64,000 bases of DNA from Camelus dromedarius (lineage: Eukaryota), in NCBI RefSeq assembly GCF_036321535.1, contig NC_087437.1, forward strand, positions 110,858,001 through 110,922,000, written 5' to 3'. The notes below the pieces were generated by a model, which was given only the letters and a program-made list of their open reading frames with translations, was not told the origin of the DNA and did not search any database. A program made the position numbers and the translations under genes. Shown in pieces: positions 51,411-63,979 of the stretch; position 1 is the first letter of the stretch, and each line of letters starts with the position of its first letter.

Positions 51411-52400
51411 GTAATAGAAGGAGGAAGGAAAAGAAGGGGGAGAAGGAGACAAAGAGGCAGTATCTGTGTGTACACAGTCCTCCAGGAGGCTATCCCCCCC
51501 ATTATGTCCATGTTGGTACACTTACTTTTTTCTCTGCCTGAGACACCATTACTCAGCTTTGCCTGAGTAACCCAAAACTCAGATCAAGAACTGCCTCTTT
51601 TAGGAAAGCCATCCCTGATGTCTGCCCTTGGTCTATGTGAGATGCTCCCCTGCCCCCAGTGTTCCCCCACAGGGTGCTGTGATGACCTCTCTCTGCCCTC
51701 TCAGGCAACATCTGCAATGCTGTGTGGCCACTGTCCATTTAGTTAGTGGCTGTTGTCCACTAAACGTTCTGCTAATTCAGAACAGCACCTACACATTTTA
51801 TCTCTCAGTGCTTAATGCCTAGCACAAACCCAGGTACACAGTCACCATCCAATAAGAATACTTTGAATTAAAGCAGCAGTTTCAACTGCAAGGCAGAGCA
51901 AAAGTGTTTGTGGATAAAAGGTTTAGCCTCAAAGAGCTGCACTTACTCTCTCCCAGTCATAATTGGGTAATTGGAGATTTTTCAAGGGCTTAAGCTTTTC
52001 AAGTCCACTTTCCCTTAGATTGTGGTTTTCCATTAAATCAGTTAACCTACATTTATCATAAAACAGTGCAGTGTGTCACTGACCCACTTTATTTCATTTC
52101 TTTGCTACTCAATGACATTCCCATGTCACTGTGAATTGCATTTTTAAATAAAGAATTAAGTATATTTGCTCTGGATTTACCCAAGCGAGCTCTGACAGCC
52201 TTGGGATTCGCCCTCGGGTTCCATTGCCTAATCTACTAAAGTGGCTTTGAGCAAACTGCTTCAGCTTTCTCATCCTTCACGATCCAATCCACTAAGTGAA
52301 GACAGAAGACTGGAAATAACACAGACCAGAAGCTACCACCCTGTTCTGTGTCAGAGTAAAGGCAGGCTCACCAACCCTGACCTCAACGATGGCCAATGCA

Positions 52401-52500
52401 GGGGTGGATGGGGGTATAGCTCAGTGATAGAGCGCATGCTTAGCATGTGCAAGGTCCTGGGTTCCATCCCAAGAACCTCCATCAGAAAAATTTAAAAATA

Positions 52501-52554
<54 letters not shown>

Positions 52555-52565
52555 TTTTTTTTTTA
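52401..52565 (+). mobile_element. vic-1-type tRNA-Ala SINE with an A10-(TA)n-T11 tail
   Basis: GGGGGTATAGCTCAGTGATAGAGCGCATGCTTAGCATGTGCAAGGTCCTGGGTTCCATCCC; direct repeat ATGGCCAA at 52389-52396 and 52566-52573. Confidence 0.92.
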
Positions 52566-52625
52566 ATGGCCAACGTTACCGTGAACAGAACTACACACAG
52601 CTGGCATCTTAGGAAGGAAGGAGAA

Positions 52626-53045
52626 TGTCTTAGTCCACTTGGGTGGCCGTAACAAAGCACCACCTACTGGGTGGCTTAAACAACAGGAATTTATTGTCCC
52701 ACAGCTCTGGAGGCTGAAGTCCAAGATCAAGGTGTTGGCAGGGTTGCTTTCTGGGGAGACCTTTCTTCCTGGGCTTGTAGCCCAACTACCTTCTCACTGT
52801 GTCCTCATAAGGCCTTTCCTCTGCGTGAAAGAAGAGAGAAGGCACTCTGGTGTCCCTTGCCCTTCTTAGAAGGACACTCTCCCTATGGGATCAGGGCCCT
52901 ATTCTTTGACCTCATTTAACCTTAATTATCACCTTAAAGGCCCTATATTCAAATGTAGTCACCGGGGGTGGTGCCGGGGTGGGGGTGAATTCACAGGTTC
53001 AACATACGAATTTGGGGGTGGGGGACCACAGTTTAGTCCATTACA
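52626..53045 (-). mobile_element. MLT1A-like MaLR solo LTR
   Basis: TGTCTTAGTCC...CACAGCTCTGGAGGCTGAAGTCCAAGATCAAGGTG...AGTCCATTACA; flanks GAGAA/GAAAA. Confidence 0.9.
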
Positions 53046-53142
53046 GAAAACTACTGAGCACCTACTGTGTACTAACACCTACTACTCCTCACGGTGGGAA
53101 GAATCTTTTTCCATCCTCCTGGAAGGAAAAAAAGCAGACCTC

Positions 53143-53599
53143 TAACTCTGGGTTGAATTATGTCCCCCACCCAAATTCACATGTCACTGTCTCAACCCCC
53201 CAAACCTCATAATGTGGTCTTATTTGGAATGGGGTCACTGCAGATGTTATTAGTTAGGATAAAGTCATACCAGAGGAGGGTGGCCCCCAATCCAATATGA
53301 CCAGTGTCCTCATAAACAGGAAATTTGGACACAGAGAAGCACACTGGGAGAACACCATGTGAAGATGAAGGCAGAGATTGGGGTGGCAATTCCCCAAGCC
53401 AAGAAAGGCTGAAGATTGCCAGCCAGCTGTCAGAAGCTGGGAGGGGTGGGGGGAAGCATAGAACAGATTGTCCCTCCAAGCATCAGGAGGAAACTTGACC
53501 TTGGACTTCCAGCCTCCAGAACTGTGAGACAAGGCATTTCTGCTGTTTAAGCTCCCCAGTCTGTGACACTTTGTTATGGCTACCCCAGGAAACTAACAC
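53143..53599 (+). mobile_element. MLT1B/C-like MaLR solo LTR
   Basis: GGGTTGAATTATGTCCCCC...CCATGTGAAGATGAAGGCAGAGATTGG...GACTTCCAGCCTCCAGAACTGTGAGA. Confidence 0.9.
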
Positions 53600-54857
53600 C
53601 ACTTCTCTTTCAACACCCCTAACTCATTCCTCGCAGGAAAGACAAGGGCTTCCCTGGTTGGTGAATTGGAAGAAGATACTGAACACGTGATGCCTGTTGC
53701 CTTCTGGATTCTGTCTTCTGGAGCCGACCACCTTCAAGACTTACCTTTTCCTCCTCTGCCCTGTTCCCAGGGTTGGCCAGCCCTGCGCATGGGGAAGGGT
53801 GGTGAGCAAGCCCATTTGGCCCTCACCTCTAAGCCTGTTCTCCCACCGGCTCCTTCTGTAATAAGGCTGGTATCCTGACCTCCCATCTGTCTGAATTCTC
53901 GGTTATAGTCATCAATTGGCGCTGAAATCTGGGAAGAGAAGGGGGTGATTAATTATCACCTTTCAAACCACGAAAGTGCCCTTCACAGAGTTCCACCATT
54001 GAATTCTCATGACACCCCTGTGCTCTCCATGTACAAGGGGAGCTACTGAGACTCAAGAAGGTTTTGTCTCTTGGCCACACTCCCAGGACTACTGGGTGGG
54101 GAGCCAGGAGTCCAACCCACATTTTGTGACAGCAAATCCTACCTTCTTTCAATAAAAATCACTCTTCTGATTTCTCATAGCAAGTCAAGCATCCAACAAG
54201 AAGAAGAAAAAATAAGGTAAAAGTCTTTGTTGAAGATCTTAAGTGAAGTAGAAGAGAAAACCCAGTTGGTTACCAGTGAGAGCCAGTAAAAGTGATGAGG
54301 CCTGGGCTCCTCCAAGCCAAACAGCACTTAGTCACCTACCGAACTGCCCAAGAGGAACAGCTCTTCCACGCTGGGGGGAAACTGACAATTTTAGGCTTAT
54401 TCATAGGGCTGGCTGAAGTACAGGCCTACTTAAGTATCAAGGCAGAACCACTTGAAAGTGGACACAACATCTACTGCAATGTCTGTTGACCTGTAGACTC
54501 CAATGAGCTGCCACTAGAATAGAATAGAATAAAACAAAACAAAACAAAATTCTGGGAACTCACGACTTCCCATGATAGACCCAATTTTTCTCTTCGTCTC
54601 TTCTTTCCTTGTACTTTCCAATAATCTAGACTTGCTGGTGGTGGCTGGTATCACTGAACATCAGAGTTAAAGAGGTGGGAGTACTTTGAAATGGCTGGCT
54701 TCTTAAGAAACCGTCCTATGTCCCAACTAAAGGACAGAAGAACACCTTTGCTGTCGCCTCACTAACTGACCTGACAGAGGCAATGGAAAGATCCAGACAC
54801 ACTAAAGATAAAATTTAATCTAGGTCCATACAAACTTCTATTAGAAATCCCAGTTTA

Positions 54858-55066
54858 TGTATAAAAATAGATTTTAAAAAAATGTCTTCTGTATAACATG
54901 GGGAATTATATTCAATATCTTATAATAACCTTTAATGAAAAAGAATATGAAAATGAATACATATGTATATGCATGACAGGGACATTCTGCTGTACATCAG
55001 AAATTGACACATTGTAACTGACTGTACTTCAATAAAAAAAAAGAAAGAAAGAAAGAAAGAAAGTAA
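54858..55066 (+). mobile_element. LINE-1 3' fragment with (GAAA)n tail
   Basis: TATATTCAATATCTTATAATAACC...GCTGTACATCAGAAATTGACACATTGTAACTGACTGTACTTCAATAAAA. Confidence 0.88.
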
Positions 55067-55234
55067 AGAAACCTAAGTTTAAATACAATCAGCAAGACAG
55101 GAACTGGTGGGGAAGACGGGTACACATGTGGTTCCACACCATCTAGATAACTGAAAGGTCAAGGAGACGACTGGGTCATGTGGCTGCAGAAGAAAGAAAA
55201 AAAAAAAAAACTACATGCTGTAAAAGCTAAGAAG

Positions 55235-55700
55235 GGATCTAGAAAAATGAAGGTTGTGATCAAAACACAGCTGGAATAATGGGATCAGTTCTAGGAAACA
55301 CAACCTACTCCAAGGAGGTCGTTGACAGTCTGCAGAACGACTCGGAAAAGAAAGCAGAAGAACTCTGCGTGGTCTAAGAACAAAGCCCCAGGAATGAGCT
55401 ACAGGAAACAGTAAGGTTTAACCTGGAAAGAGAGAGAGAAAGGGAAGACACAGCAACGATCTTCAGATACTTGAGGTGCCGACTGGTGAAGGCATTGGAA
55501 GAGGATATAATTAAAATTAGAGACACACCCCTGCCAAAATGGAACGAGGCTGCTTAGTGACAGAATTTTGATCTCCAGTGGTATTTGGAGGGACAGATAG
55601 AGGCCCGTAGGTCACAGGTGTTCCTGCATGAAGGGGTTTCTGCATAAGAAGAAAGGGAATTTGGATGACCGTCAGTGTCCTCCTCAGCTCAACAATAAAT
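55235..55700 (+). mobile_element. CR1/L3 LINE remnant
   Basis: GTTTAACCTGGAAAGAGAGAG...GATCTTCAGATACTTGAGG resembles the CR1 ORF2 3' end; highly decayed. Confidence 0.45.
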
Positions 55701-56159
55701 TCCGACCCAGACCCGAAGGGCACAGTCGATACCTCCAACTAGAGCCATGGGGCACTTCTCACTAATCACACCCCTCGACTTGCATATGAACCAAAAGGTC
55801 CACCCTTCTAGTCACCTGGGATGCACCTGGCACGAGGAAATCCAGAAAGGGCTTGTTTTTCAGTCCTTAGGCTGTACCCATTCTGCTTTGTTTCCGTCTG
55901 GTGATGGCTTTGCTGGGAGGTGGGAGGAGAGAACGCAAGGCGGGAGCACAGAAATGCAACAGAAGGGTGACGCAACATGCAAGCTGACATTCGGGGACAC
56001 ACCCACCTGCCAGCCTGAGTGCATCTGGCCAAGTTAATTGCAGGCTTGTCAGTCCTTAACTCAACCAGAAGCACCCCAGGCGAGGCCACCCTAATGCAGA
56101 AAACATCGTGGGAGACCTTGGCAGTGACTCAGAGCAAGTAAGGATGGTGCCAACCATTA

Positions 56160-56400
56160 AATTATAATAATAATGGATACCTTTTAACAAGCTACTACTG
56201 CACCAGGCTCTGTGCATATATTATCTATGAGCATCACTGTCAAACTGGTAACGATGGTGTCATACAAATATTAAAATGAGGGTCCAAAGTTCAGAGATTA
56301 AGTGGCCTGCCCAAAGCCATGCCGTTGGTCAAGGAAGAAGGATGTGAACCCAGGTCTATCTGACTCCAAGGCTGTGGTCCTGGCCTCACACCACGCCACG
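56160..56400 (-). mobile_element. MIR SINE
   Basis: AATGAGGGTCCAAAGTTCAGAGATTAAGTGGCCTGCCCAAAGCCA...GAACCCAGGTCTATCTGACTCCAAG. Confidence 0.75.
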
Positions 56401-58236
56401 CTGCCTCTCGTGCTGGCTCCTTCTATCATGTCCTTAGACTTATGTTTAGAGAGAAGGAGGTGTTTTATAAACGTAAGTGAAGATAAGTAGACCAAAACCA
56501 TCAAGTCCAAACCAAATGCTGCTGCAGACCCCACCACTCTGGGAGCAAACACCATTCCTCTCTTCTGTTTTATGAAATCTGAGGTCTTGAAAAGACACAC
56601 ACACAACTACACCACATGCTTCCGCCCAAAAGAGTCAGTGTGTAAATGGCAGAGTGGGTCTTGTGCCAAGAAGTTGGAGCTGGTTTATTTTAGGCTCAGT
56701 GTTAAAACAGCCAGCACCAGGTTGAGGCTGAGAAATGCTCCTTCTAATTAAAACTTTATTTTCAAACACATGTCACAGTTTCAACATGGTGAGACTCATT
56801 TCTCGCTTTGTGGATGCCTCAGTGCAGAAGCAGCTGCTCTGTGACAGCCTCTTCCATTCATTTTGGGACAATCAGAATCTCGAGGGGCCAAGATTCATGT
56901 GACATCCAGGGCGGCAGCATGGCTGGCCCTACCAGCACTCCAGAGAACTGCACAGTCAAGAACCAGAGAGGTAACTGTGACTCTAGTCAATGCTGTGAGA
57001 GTCTGCACACGCCACCGAGGAGCAGCGTGACAGATCTGCACAGAGAACCAGAGACAATGTCCCTTGTCCCCAGCAGGTGGGAACACAGAGTCCAGGCGGG
57101 GAACTCCTAAGCAGAACTAGGGCAGTCTTGGAAAATGGAAGTGAACCAGGAGCTCCAGACCCCTGATCATTGCTGAGAAAAGAGTCGGGAAACCCACTGA
57201 GCACGCTGAACTCCAACCACCTGTCAGTCTCCATCACCCCCACGGACTCGAGCGGGAGGCTGCGGGGGGTGGGGGGCTGTGTCTGCTTTGCTCCCTGCTC
57301 CGTCTAAGGGCACGTACCCAACAGGTATGAGCCCAAGACATGCAGACTTCAGTATCCGATTACTGAATTAACACCATGCAGTGAGCATTGTGGGTGGTCT
57401 CCAAATCCAGCTGCCCGAACAAGGATCTCACTTGCGTATCAGCTCTTCTAACCAGTGTGAACAAGGAGAGGAACGGAGAGAAAGAATCTGCCAAAGTCTG
57501 GGAAGCAAAATACTATGTGGGTTCCAAATCCTTCATCCACCAGTTTCTTCATGGGTAAACCCACTCAAGGCCGAGCTACCAGCCAGGCCCCGAGGCCCAC
57601 AGCACTGTGCGTCCTGACATGTCAGATTCCCACTCACCCAGGATGGGGACTCTACGGAACTTGGAAGACCCTGCCCCCAGCCATGGCATCCTCAGGATCC
57701 AAGGCCTCCCCAGGCACAGCCAGGTCAATGACACTCCATTCTTCTGCCATGGATGGTGGCCCAGGGGCAGAGCCTGCAGGTAACACCACATCTCTAAGAC
57801 AGAGAAGGGGCCACAGTGGCCAGGCAGGCTGTGTGCCATGAAGGCCTCCTTTGAGATAATAAAGCCACAGAGGAACAGAGAATTAGGAACAAGTCGAGGG
57901 CACCAAGCTTCCCCCTCCTTACTCCATAGTCCATGCATATTCCAACCGGTCCCAGGAAGTGGTTCTCTGACCCTGCTGTCCTCATCCTCACGTCTTTACG
58001 GTAGAGACCGGACAGGGATGCAGATATCAAGAGGCTGAACTGTTGGGTGAACACTGTACAAGTCATTGAGGCATTTTCTAGGAGCCTATAAAAGTCAGGT
58101 GGCAATCTCGAGACAAAAAAGTGGAAATGTTTAATATCACTCTGGCCTGAGAGTGTGGAGATGGGAGACAGAGAGAAGCCAAAAGGCTAACTCTGGAATT
58201 ACAAGTCAAAATTTAGACCTCGAGCTGCAAACTTCT

Positions 58237-59010
58237 TTTTTTTTTTTTTTTTTTTTTTTGACAGTTCTTTTTGTTTTTTCTTGAAGCACAGTTGATTTAC
58301 AATGTTGTGTTAGTTTCTGATATACAGCATAGTGATTCAGTTACACATCTATATACATACATATTCTTTTCCATTATGGTTTACTACGGGTTATTGAATA
58401 TAGTTTCGTGTGCTATACAGCAGGACCTTGTTATTTATCATTTTGTATATAGTAGTTTGTATCTGCTAATCCCACATGCCTAATTTACCCCTCCCTCACC
58501 CCCTTTCCTCTTCGGTAACCGTAAATTTGTTTTCTATGTCTGTGAGTCTGTTTCTGTTTTGTAAATAAGTTCATTTCTGTCATTTTTTTTAAGATTCTAC
58601 ATATAAGTGATATCATATGGTATTTGTCTTTCTCTGTCTGATTTACTTCACTTAGTATGATAATCTCCAGGTCCACCCACGTTGCTACAAATTGCATTAT
58701 TTCATTCTTCTTATGGCTGAGTAGGATTCCATTGTGTATATATCTCTCATCTTCCTTTTCCATTCATCTGTTGATGGACATTTAGGTTGCTTCCCTGCCT
58801 TGGCTATTATAAATAGCTCTGCTGTGAATACTGCATTACATGTATCTTTTCAACTTGCAGTTTTCTCCAGATACACGTCCACGAGTGGGATTGCTGGATC
58901 ATTTGGCAACTCTATTTTAATTTTTTTAAGGAACCTCCATACTGTTTTCCATAGCAGCTGCACTATATTACGTTCCCACCAACAGTGTAGGAGGGTTCCC
59001 TTTTCTCCAC
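58237..59010 (-). mobile_element. 5'-truncated LINE-1 (antisense) with a broken ORF2 C-terminus
   Basis: ORF pieces [12 protein letters not shown]...[10 protein letters not shown] and DLEIIILSEVNQTEKDKYHMISLICRI; flanking repeat ACCTCGAGC[T/C]GCAAACTTCT at 58217-58236 and 59011-59030. Confidence 0.95.
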
Positions 59011-59099
59011 ACCTCGAGCCGCAAACTTCTAAGGACATTATTCTCTGTACTGGACGAGCAGCCGCTGCTGCACCAGGAGCCTCAGTGCAGACGTTTTAT

Positions 59100-59544
59100 A
59101 ATAACGCCCCGTATTACCGTGCTTTGCTTCATTGAACGGACACTGCATTTCTTACAAATGGAAGCGTTGTGGCAACCCCGGGTCGAGCAAGTCTATCGGC
59201 AGCGTTACTCCAACAGCATTTGCTCACTTCACATCCCTGCAGCACGTTTTGGTAATTCTTGCAATATTTCAAACTTTTTCATTTTTATATTTATCATGGT
59301 GACCTGTGATCATGGATCTTTGATGTTACTAGTGCAACACATCCGACTGAAGGCTCAGGTGATGGTTAGCATTTTTTAGCAAAAAAAGCACTCTTGACGT
59401 AAGGTATGTACCTTGCACACTTAGATTACAGTAGAGCATAACCATTCTTTTTAGTCCCTGGGAAACAAAAACATTCACGTGACTCACTGTATTGCAATAT
59501 TCGCTTTATTGCGGTGGTCTGGAGCCAAAGCTGAGGTCGGCCTG
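59100..59544 (+). mobile_element. Tigger1-derived non-autonomous DNA transposon (internally deleted)
   Basis: GTGGCAACCCCGGGTCGAGCAAGTCTATCGGC, CTGAAGGCTCAGGTGATGGTTAGCATTTTTTAGCA, TCGCTTTATTGCGGTGGTCTGGA. Confidence 0.85.
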
Positions 59545-59639
59545 TGCAGCTCCCACAGCCCCAAAGACAGCCTGCCCTTTATCCAGTGCACACGATGCAC
59601 ATTTTGTGTCCCAGGGAGGTAGCACAGAGCCAAGAGTTC

Positions 59640-59835
59640 AACAACAGTTGACTGCTAACCATGGGCCAGATATGGATCTAAGCACATTCAATTCTCAGAA
59701 CACTCCTGAGGGGAAGGAGCTACTATCACCCCCATTTTGCAGATGAGGAAACTGAGGCACAAAGAGAGTGAGTCTCCCCATGCAAGGTCACACCGTCGGG
59801 GAGGGGAAGTCACAGCCCACTCCAGAGCCAGTCCT
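59640..59835 (-). mobile_element. MIR SINE
   Basis: CCCCCATTTTGCAGATGAGGAAACTGAGGCAC core; another copy at about 61230-61345. Confidence 0.85.
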
Positions 59836-60179
59836 CTGAGCTCTGCGCTGCCGCCTAAGCACACGTAGGTTCCAGGTGCTCTCACTCGCTTACCCTGAGG
59901 GGCCGTCCTCGTCACGCCATCAGGATAAGCTGCGCATCAACGCGTGGAAATCAGCTCCAGTCCTCTACCCGCGGATGATCCACACCTCAGGACGAGTCTC
60001 ACCCCCGGACCACCTGGGCTGCGCGTGGAGAGGTGCCTGGCTGCACTGCCAACACAAGAGGATGGGGAGCCTCTTGGCCATCCAGACTGGATCATCACCA
60101 TTTTCCACTTTGAATCATTCTGGGAAAGAATGAAAACCCTTGCCCTCTGCCAGCTGGTCGGTGGCCTCAGAAAACTCCC

Positions 60180-60198
60180 CACCGCCCCCTGGAGGCCA
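60180..60198 (-). promoter_or_regulatory. CTCF core motif
   Basis: Minus strand TGGCCTCCAGGGGGCGGTG vs consensus TGGCCACCAGGGGGCGCTA; differences only at degenerate positions. Confidence 0.6.
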
Positions 60199-60931
60199 GC
60201 GGTGCCACCATCATCCTGCCACTAAGTCCGAGGAGAACCACAGGCAGGTGAAAAGACTGTCCTGCTGGGCCAGGACATCCTTCAGAGTCAGGACAAGAGG
60301 GGCCAAGGGAGCATCCGCTGCGAGATTTACGAAGCACCTCATTTACGTTTGACAAATGCTCTGTGTCCTCACTGCAGCCCAGGGCTTGGGGGCGGTGTTT
60401 GAACCATGCAGGTTACAGTTGACTGCTCCTCGTGACTGAGCTCAGCAGCCTGGCCCCACAGAGGGCTCCTGTTCCCGTGCTCTCGGTGGAAAAGGGAAGG
60501 GGCTGGGCTGTGCTTCCTCATGGGGGGCCTGAGGCCCATTAGAGCCCAGTGGTCTTTGATTTAGAGGAGTCTTGGAGCAGAAGCACACTGTGAGACGCTG
60601 CCTTGCCCACAGCCTGAGACAGAACGAGAGTCACATCGCTGCTCAGGGACCTTCCTGTGGTGCGGCCCCTTCACCTGATGGGCATCTCAATCTGGGGCAG
60701 GAAAGGACAGGCAGTGGCCCTGGCTGTGACATGGTGTCTCAGCCACAGGCAGGTCTTTCCTTGGGTTCTAGGACAGCTGGGTCCTGCAGCTTCAACCCTT
60801 CAAACCAAATGCATGACAGATATTCAGAGACTGGGAAAGCAGGTGGGAGAAGCCAGTGTCTGACCCTCAAAGGCGCCCATCACTTTTGTTCCGGGTGGCC
60901 ACGGGCAATAAATTCTGAGTAGTCTAGTAGT

Positions 60932-61063
60932 CAAGTGGTTCTCAACCCACGGCGATTTTGACAATGTCTGGAGTTGGAGGAGGGGTGCTAATGCCTCTAG
61001 TGGGAAGAGCCTTGCAAGGCCTGGGACCTGCAAGGTCAACAGTACCAAGGTTGAGAAACCCTG
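60932..61063. mobile_element. MER20 MITE (internally deleted)
   Basis: AGTGGTTCTCAACC ... GGTTGAGAAACCCTG inverted termini. Confidence 0.75.
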
Positions 61064-62639
61064 CTCTAAGCTGCCCAGGATGTCCTGCTTCCCTTTGCCA
61101 GAAGCCAGGGTTTTCAGTCCTACTGTACAGCATCAGGGGTCGGGGCTGCGGAAAGCTGTGAGGGGTTTGGTCACCAAGACATAAGGTGACATTAACGCTG
61201 GCACCAGACTGACCACTCCATGGATATCTTCACAATGCACCCTCAACAGCGTTCGCCCCCTTTCACAGATTAGCAAACTGAGGCACATAGAGGTCACACA
61301 TTGCTTAGAGGAGATCTTGAATCCAACCAATCTGACTCCAGACAGTGTATTAACTAGGGTAAAAATACAAAATTATATCCATATTCTGTGCGATCCTCAT
61401 TAAGTGCTGACAGAGAAAGAAAAAGGGAGAAAGAAAGGAGGAAGGACAGAGATGCAGGAGGTAAAAGATGGTAAAAAGACAGAAATGTTAACAGCAGTTA
61501 TTCGCGAGTGGTGGAATTTGGGCAACTTTTGTTTCCTTCCCTGCACCCTCCTGTATTTCTACATCCTCACCAGCAAAAATACCTTTTATGGACAGGAAAG
61601 AAATAATAAACAAAAAAGAGTTCCTGCCAAGCACAGATTTCAAGACTGCCGTTGGCGCCGGGTACGTATCCATCTCTAAGGTAATAATAACTGTGCCGAG
61701 GAAAGAGGCGGTGACCCCGCTTGCCAGACTTGAGGGGACATCCTGGTTCGATGACAGCCGGTGTGGGGAAGCCATCCCCAAGAGGCCACGCACACCGCAC
61801 ACCTGCAAGGGATCTGCTCCTGAGTACAGATGCTGCCCTGAGTCGGAGACGGCCTGTCAGCTCCTCATCCATCTCACAGCGGAAAGTGCTCAGAGGGGAA
61901 GAGCCACGGGCTGTGAGGTCAGCCCCCCGGCACGCATGGCTGTTTCCATGCTGGAATGGCTCAAAGACGGCTTCCAGAAAAATCAGGTTTCCAGATCACT
62001 GAAATTTCCTTTCAACAATTTTATTAACCAATAGGATTGAGGGGAAAAAGAAGACTTTTTTTAATCCAGGGCCTTGTGTGAATGTTTGTCTTAATGGGGG
62101 GAAAAAAGGGAAAGAATTCTAAGGGACACAGAAAAGTTTGCTTTTCCTATTTTTTCCCAAAGAATTTGTATCTGCATTATTTTAAAGTCTCTTCCCACCA
62201 TTGAAAACAAAACAAAACAAAACAAAAAGCACAAAAAACCTACACAGTGCACAGATGCCCATTATCTGATGCACCTTTTTTGTCATCCTTCCTGTTAACT
62301 AAAAAAAGGCAGGTCATTCTCCCCCTCTTAGCATGACGTGGGGTCACTGTGAGGGCCCCTCTAACTCTACCTCATGTAAAATGATTAAGTAGTTTGATAG
62401 CCATAAAAAATTCTTACAGATAGCCTAAAGTTTCAGGAAGATATCATACCCAGTAATGCAGAAATTCAAAATATCCAAGCATCACCCTTGGGTAAGGCAA
62501 GGAATAAAAATTTTTTTTAATTGAAGTATAGTTATTTACCATGTTGTGCTAGTTTCTGGTGTACAAAAGAAATTTTTGAAGGCCATCAGCAGGCCTAGAC
62601 CGATCTTTAAAAATTAACAATATGTCAACAGTTGTCATC

Positions 62640-63185
62640 CCAAGAGCCACTTCTGGGTGCCGCCCTCCTTACCAACAGAATACTCACTGTTCAGGTGCAC
62701 ATTCTCAAGGCCAAGTGGACTGGAGAACTGCCTCCCCCAACCCGCATTAGGCCTTACATGAACCAATCAGGGGCATTCTTGCCTGTGATTGGGTTACAGC
62801 CAGCCATGTGACCCAGCACTAGCCAATAGAACAAGAGGAGACGTCACCTGGTGGCTCTGGGAAGAGTTTTCATTGCCTATGGGGGAAAAAAGGCAAGCTG
62901 GAGGAAATGTCTGCCATTTTTTTTACCAAGTACTGTTGCACTTACTTACAATGTTCCAACTCCAGATGCCATCCTTGCCACTGTGTAGAAATCACCCCAG
63001 GATCAAGCAGATACACTGAGGATAGTGGAGCAAGAAAATGGGACCAAAGAACTCAATTCTGATGCCATCCATGAATTGTCAAATTAACCTTGGAACCATC
63101 AATGTAAGATACTATCCCTCATATTGTTTTAAGATACTTTTAGTTAGGTCTTTTGTTTCTAGCAATCAAAAACATCCTCACTGAT
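62640..63185 (+). mobile_element. Old ERVL/MaLR-type LTR remnant
   Basis: GCCATGTGACCCAGCACTAGCCAATAGAA...TTGTTTTAAGATACTTTTAGTTAGG...AACATCCTCACTGATA. Confidence 0.5.
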
Positions 63186-63979
63186 AGAATCCTATACCAA
63201 GGTTCACTACTAAGTGTTTGAGATCCTACCAACTCCTTAATGCTGGAAGAGAATGTGTCAGATGGTAGGGACTAGATCCCCAGCAAGGCAGTGACAGGAC
63301 ACGTGACTAGAACCTTCATAATGTCTTCCTGTCAATTACCAATCTGTTTCCCAACTCTGCCTCCTCTGTGCCCTGATTGTAGCTAAATCCAAACAGAAGG
63401 TGAAGCAGCTGATACCCTTCAAGACACATTCAAGAGGTAGAAAATGGGTGCTCTGAGGCCACATGGGAAGCACAATGAAAGCGAGGATTTGAAAGATCTT
63501 ATACATTTCTCTCTTCAGCTTTAGCAATTCATAGACTACCAGCTGCTGAAAGTCTTCTCTGAATTTAGACTTTAAATAAACTGACTCATGAATCTATAAG
63601 ACTTGGAGAAAGGAAAAATTTCAGGGCAATTTTTTCAGGAATGGAGCTGAGTGAGAAGCACAAGCAGTAGATAATAGTACATAAATCATCTTCTTAAAGA
63701 TATGAATTTCACGTAAGGCTTTCTAGCCTCAGAAAATAGACATGTAACAAATGATAACACCATCTGACAAGACAGAAGACATCTCTTCTATATGCCTGTA
63801 GATTTATTCTTCAGGAACTAGCTTCCTGAGACTACTCAAGCATTTAAAATAATTAATATGTGTATATATGAAATGTTAAGTGAAAAAATATCCATGTGTC
63901 ACATTACATATATACCGATTCTAAAATAAGTGCACATGTGCTCAGTGAGAAGACAAGAATTAAATTTGGCTTTAGAGGA

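Noticed and set aside
800..52480. tRNA-Ala(AGC) genes at the SINE heads
   Set aside because: Each has extra 5' G-rich bases, mutated stems, an A-rich tail and often a TSD. They are SINE copies, although tRNA scanners may flag them.
61588..62034. 148-aa ORF with an ATG start
   Set aside because: It begins in an old L1-like remnant, has no recognisable domain and has no convincing splice context.
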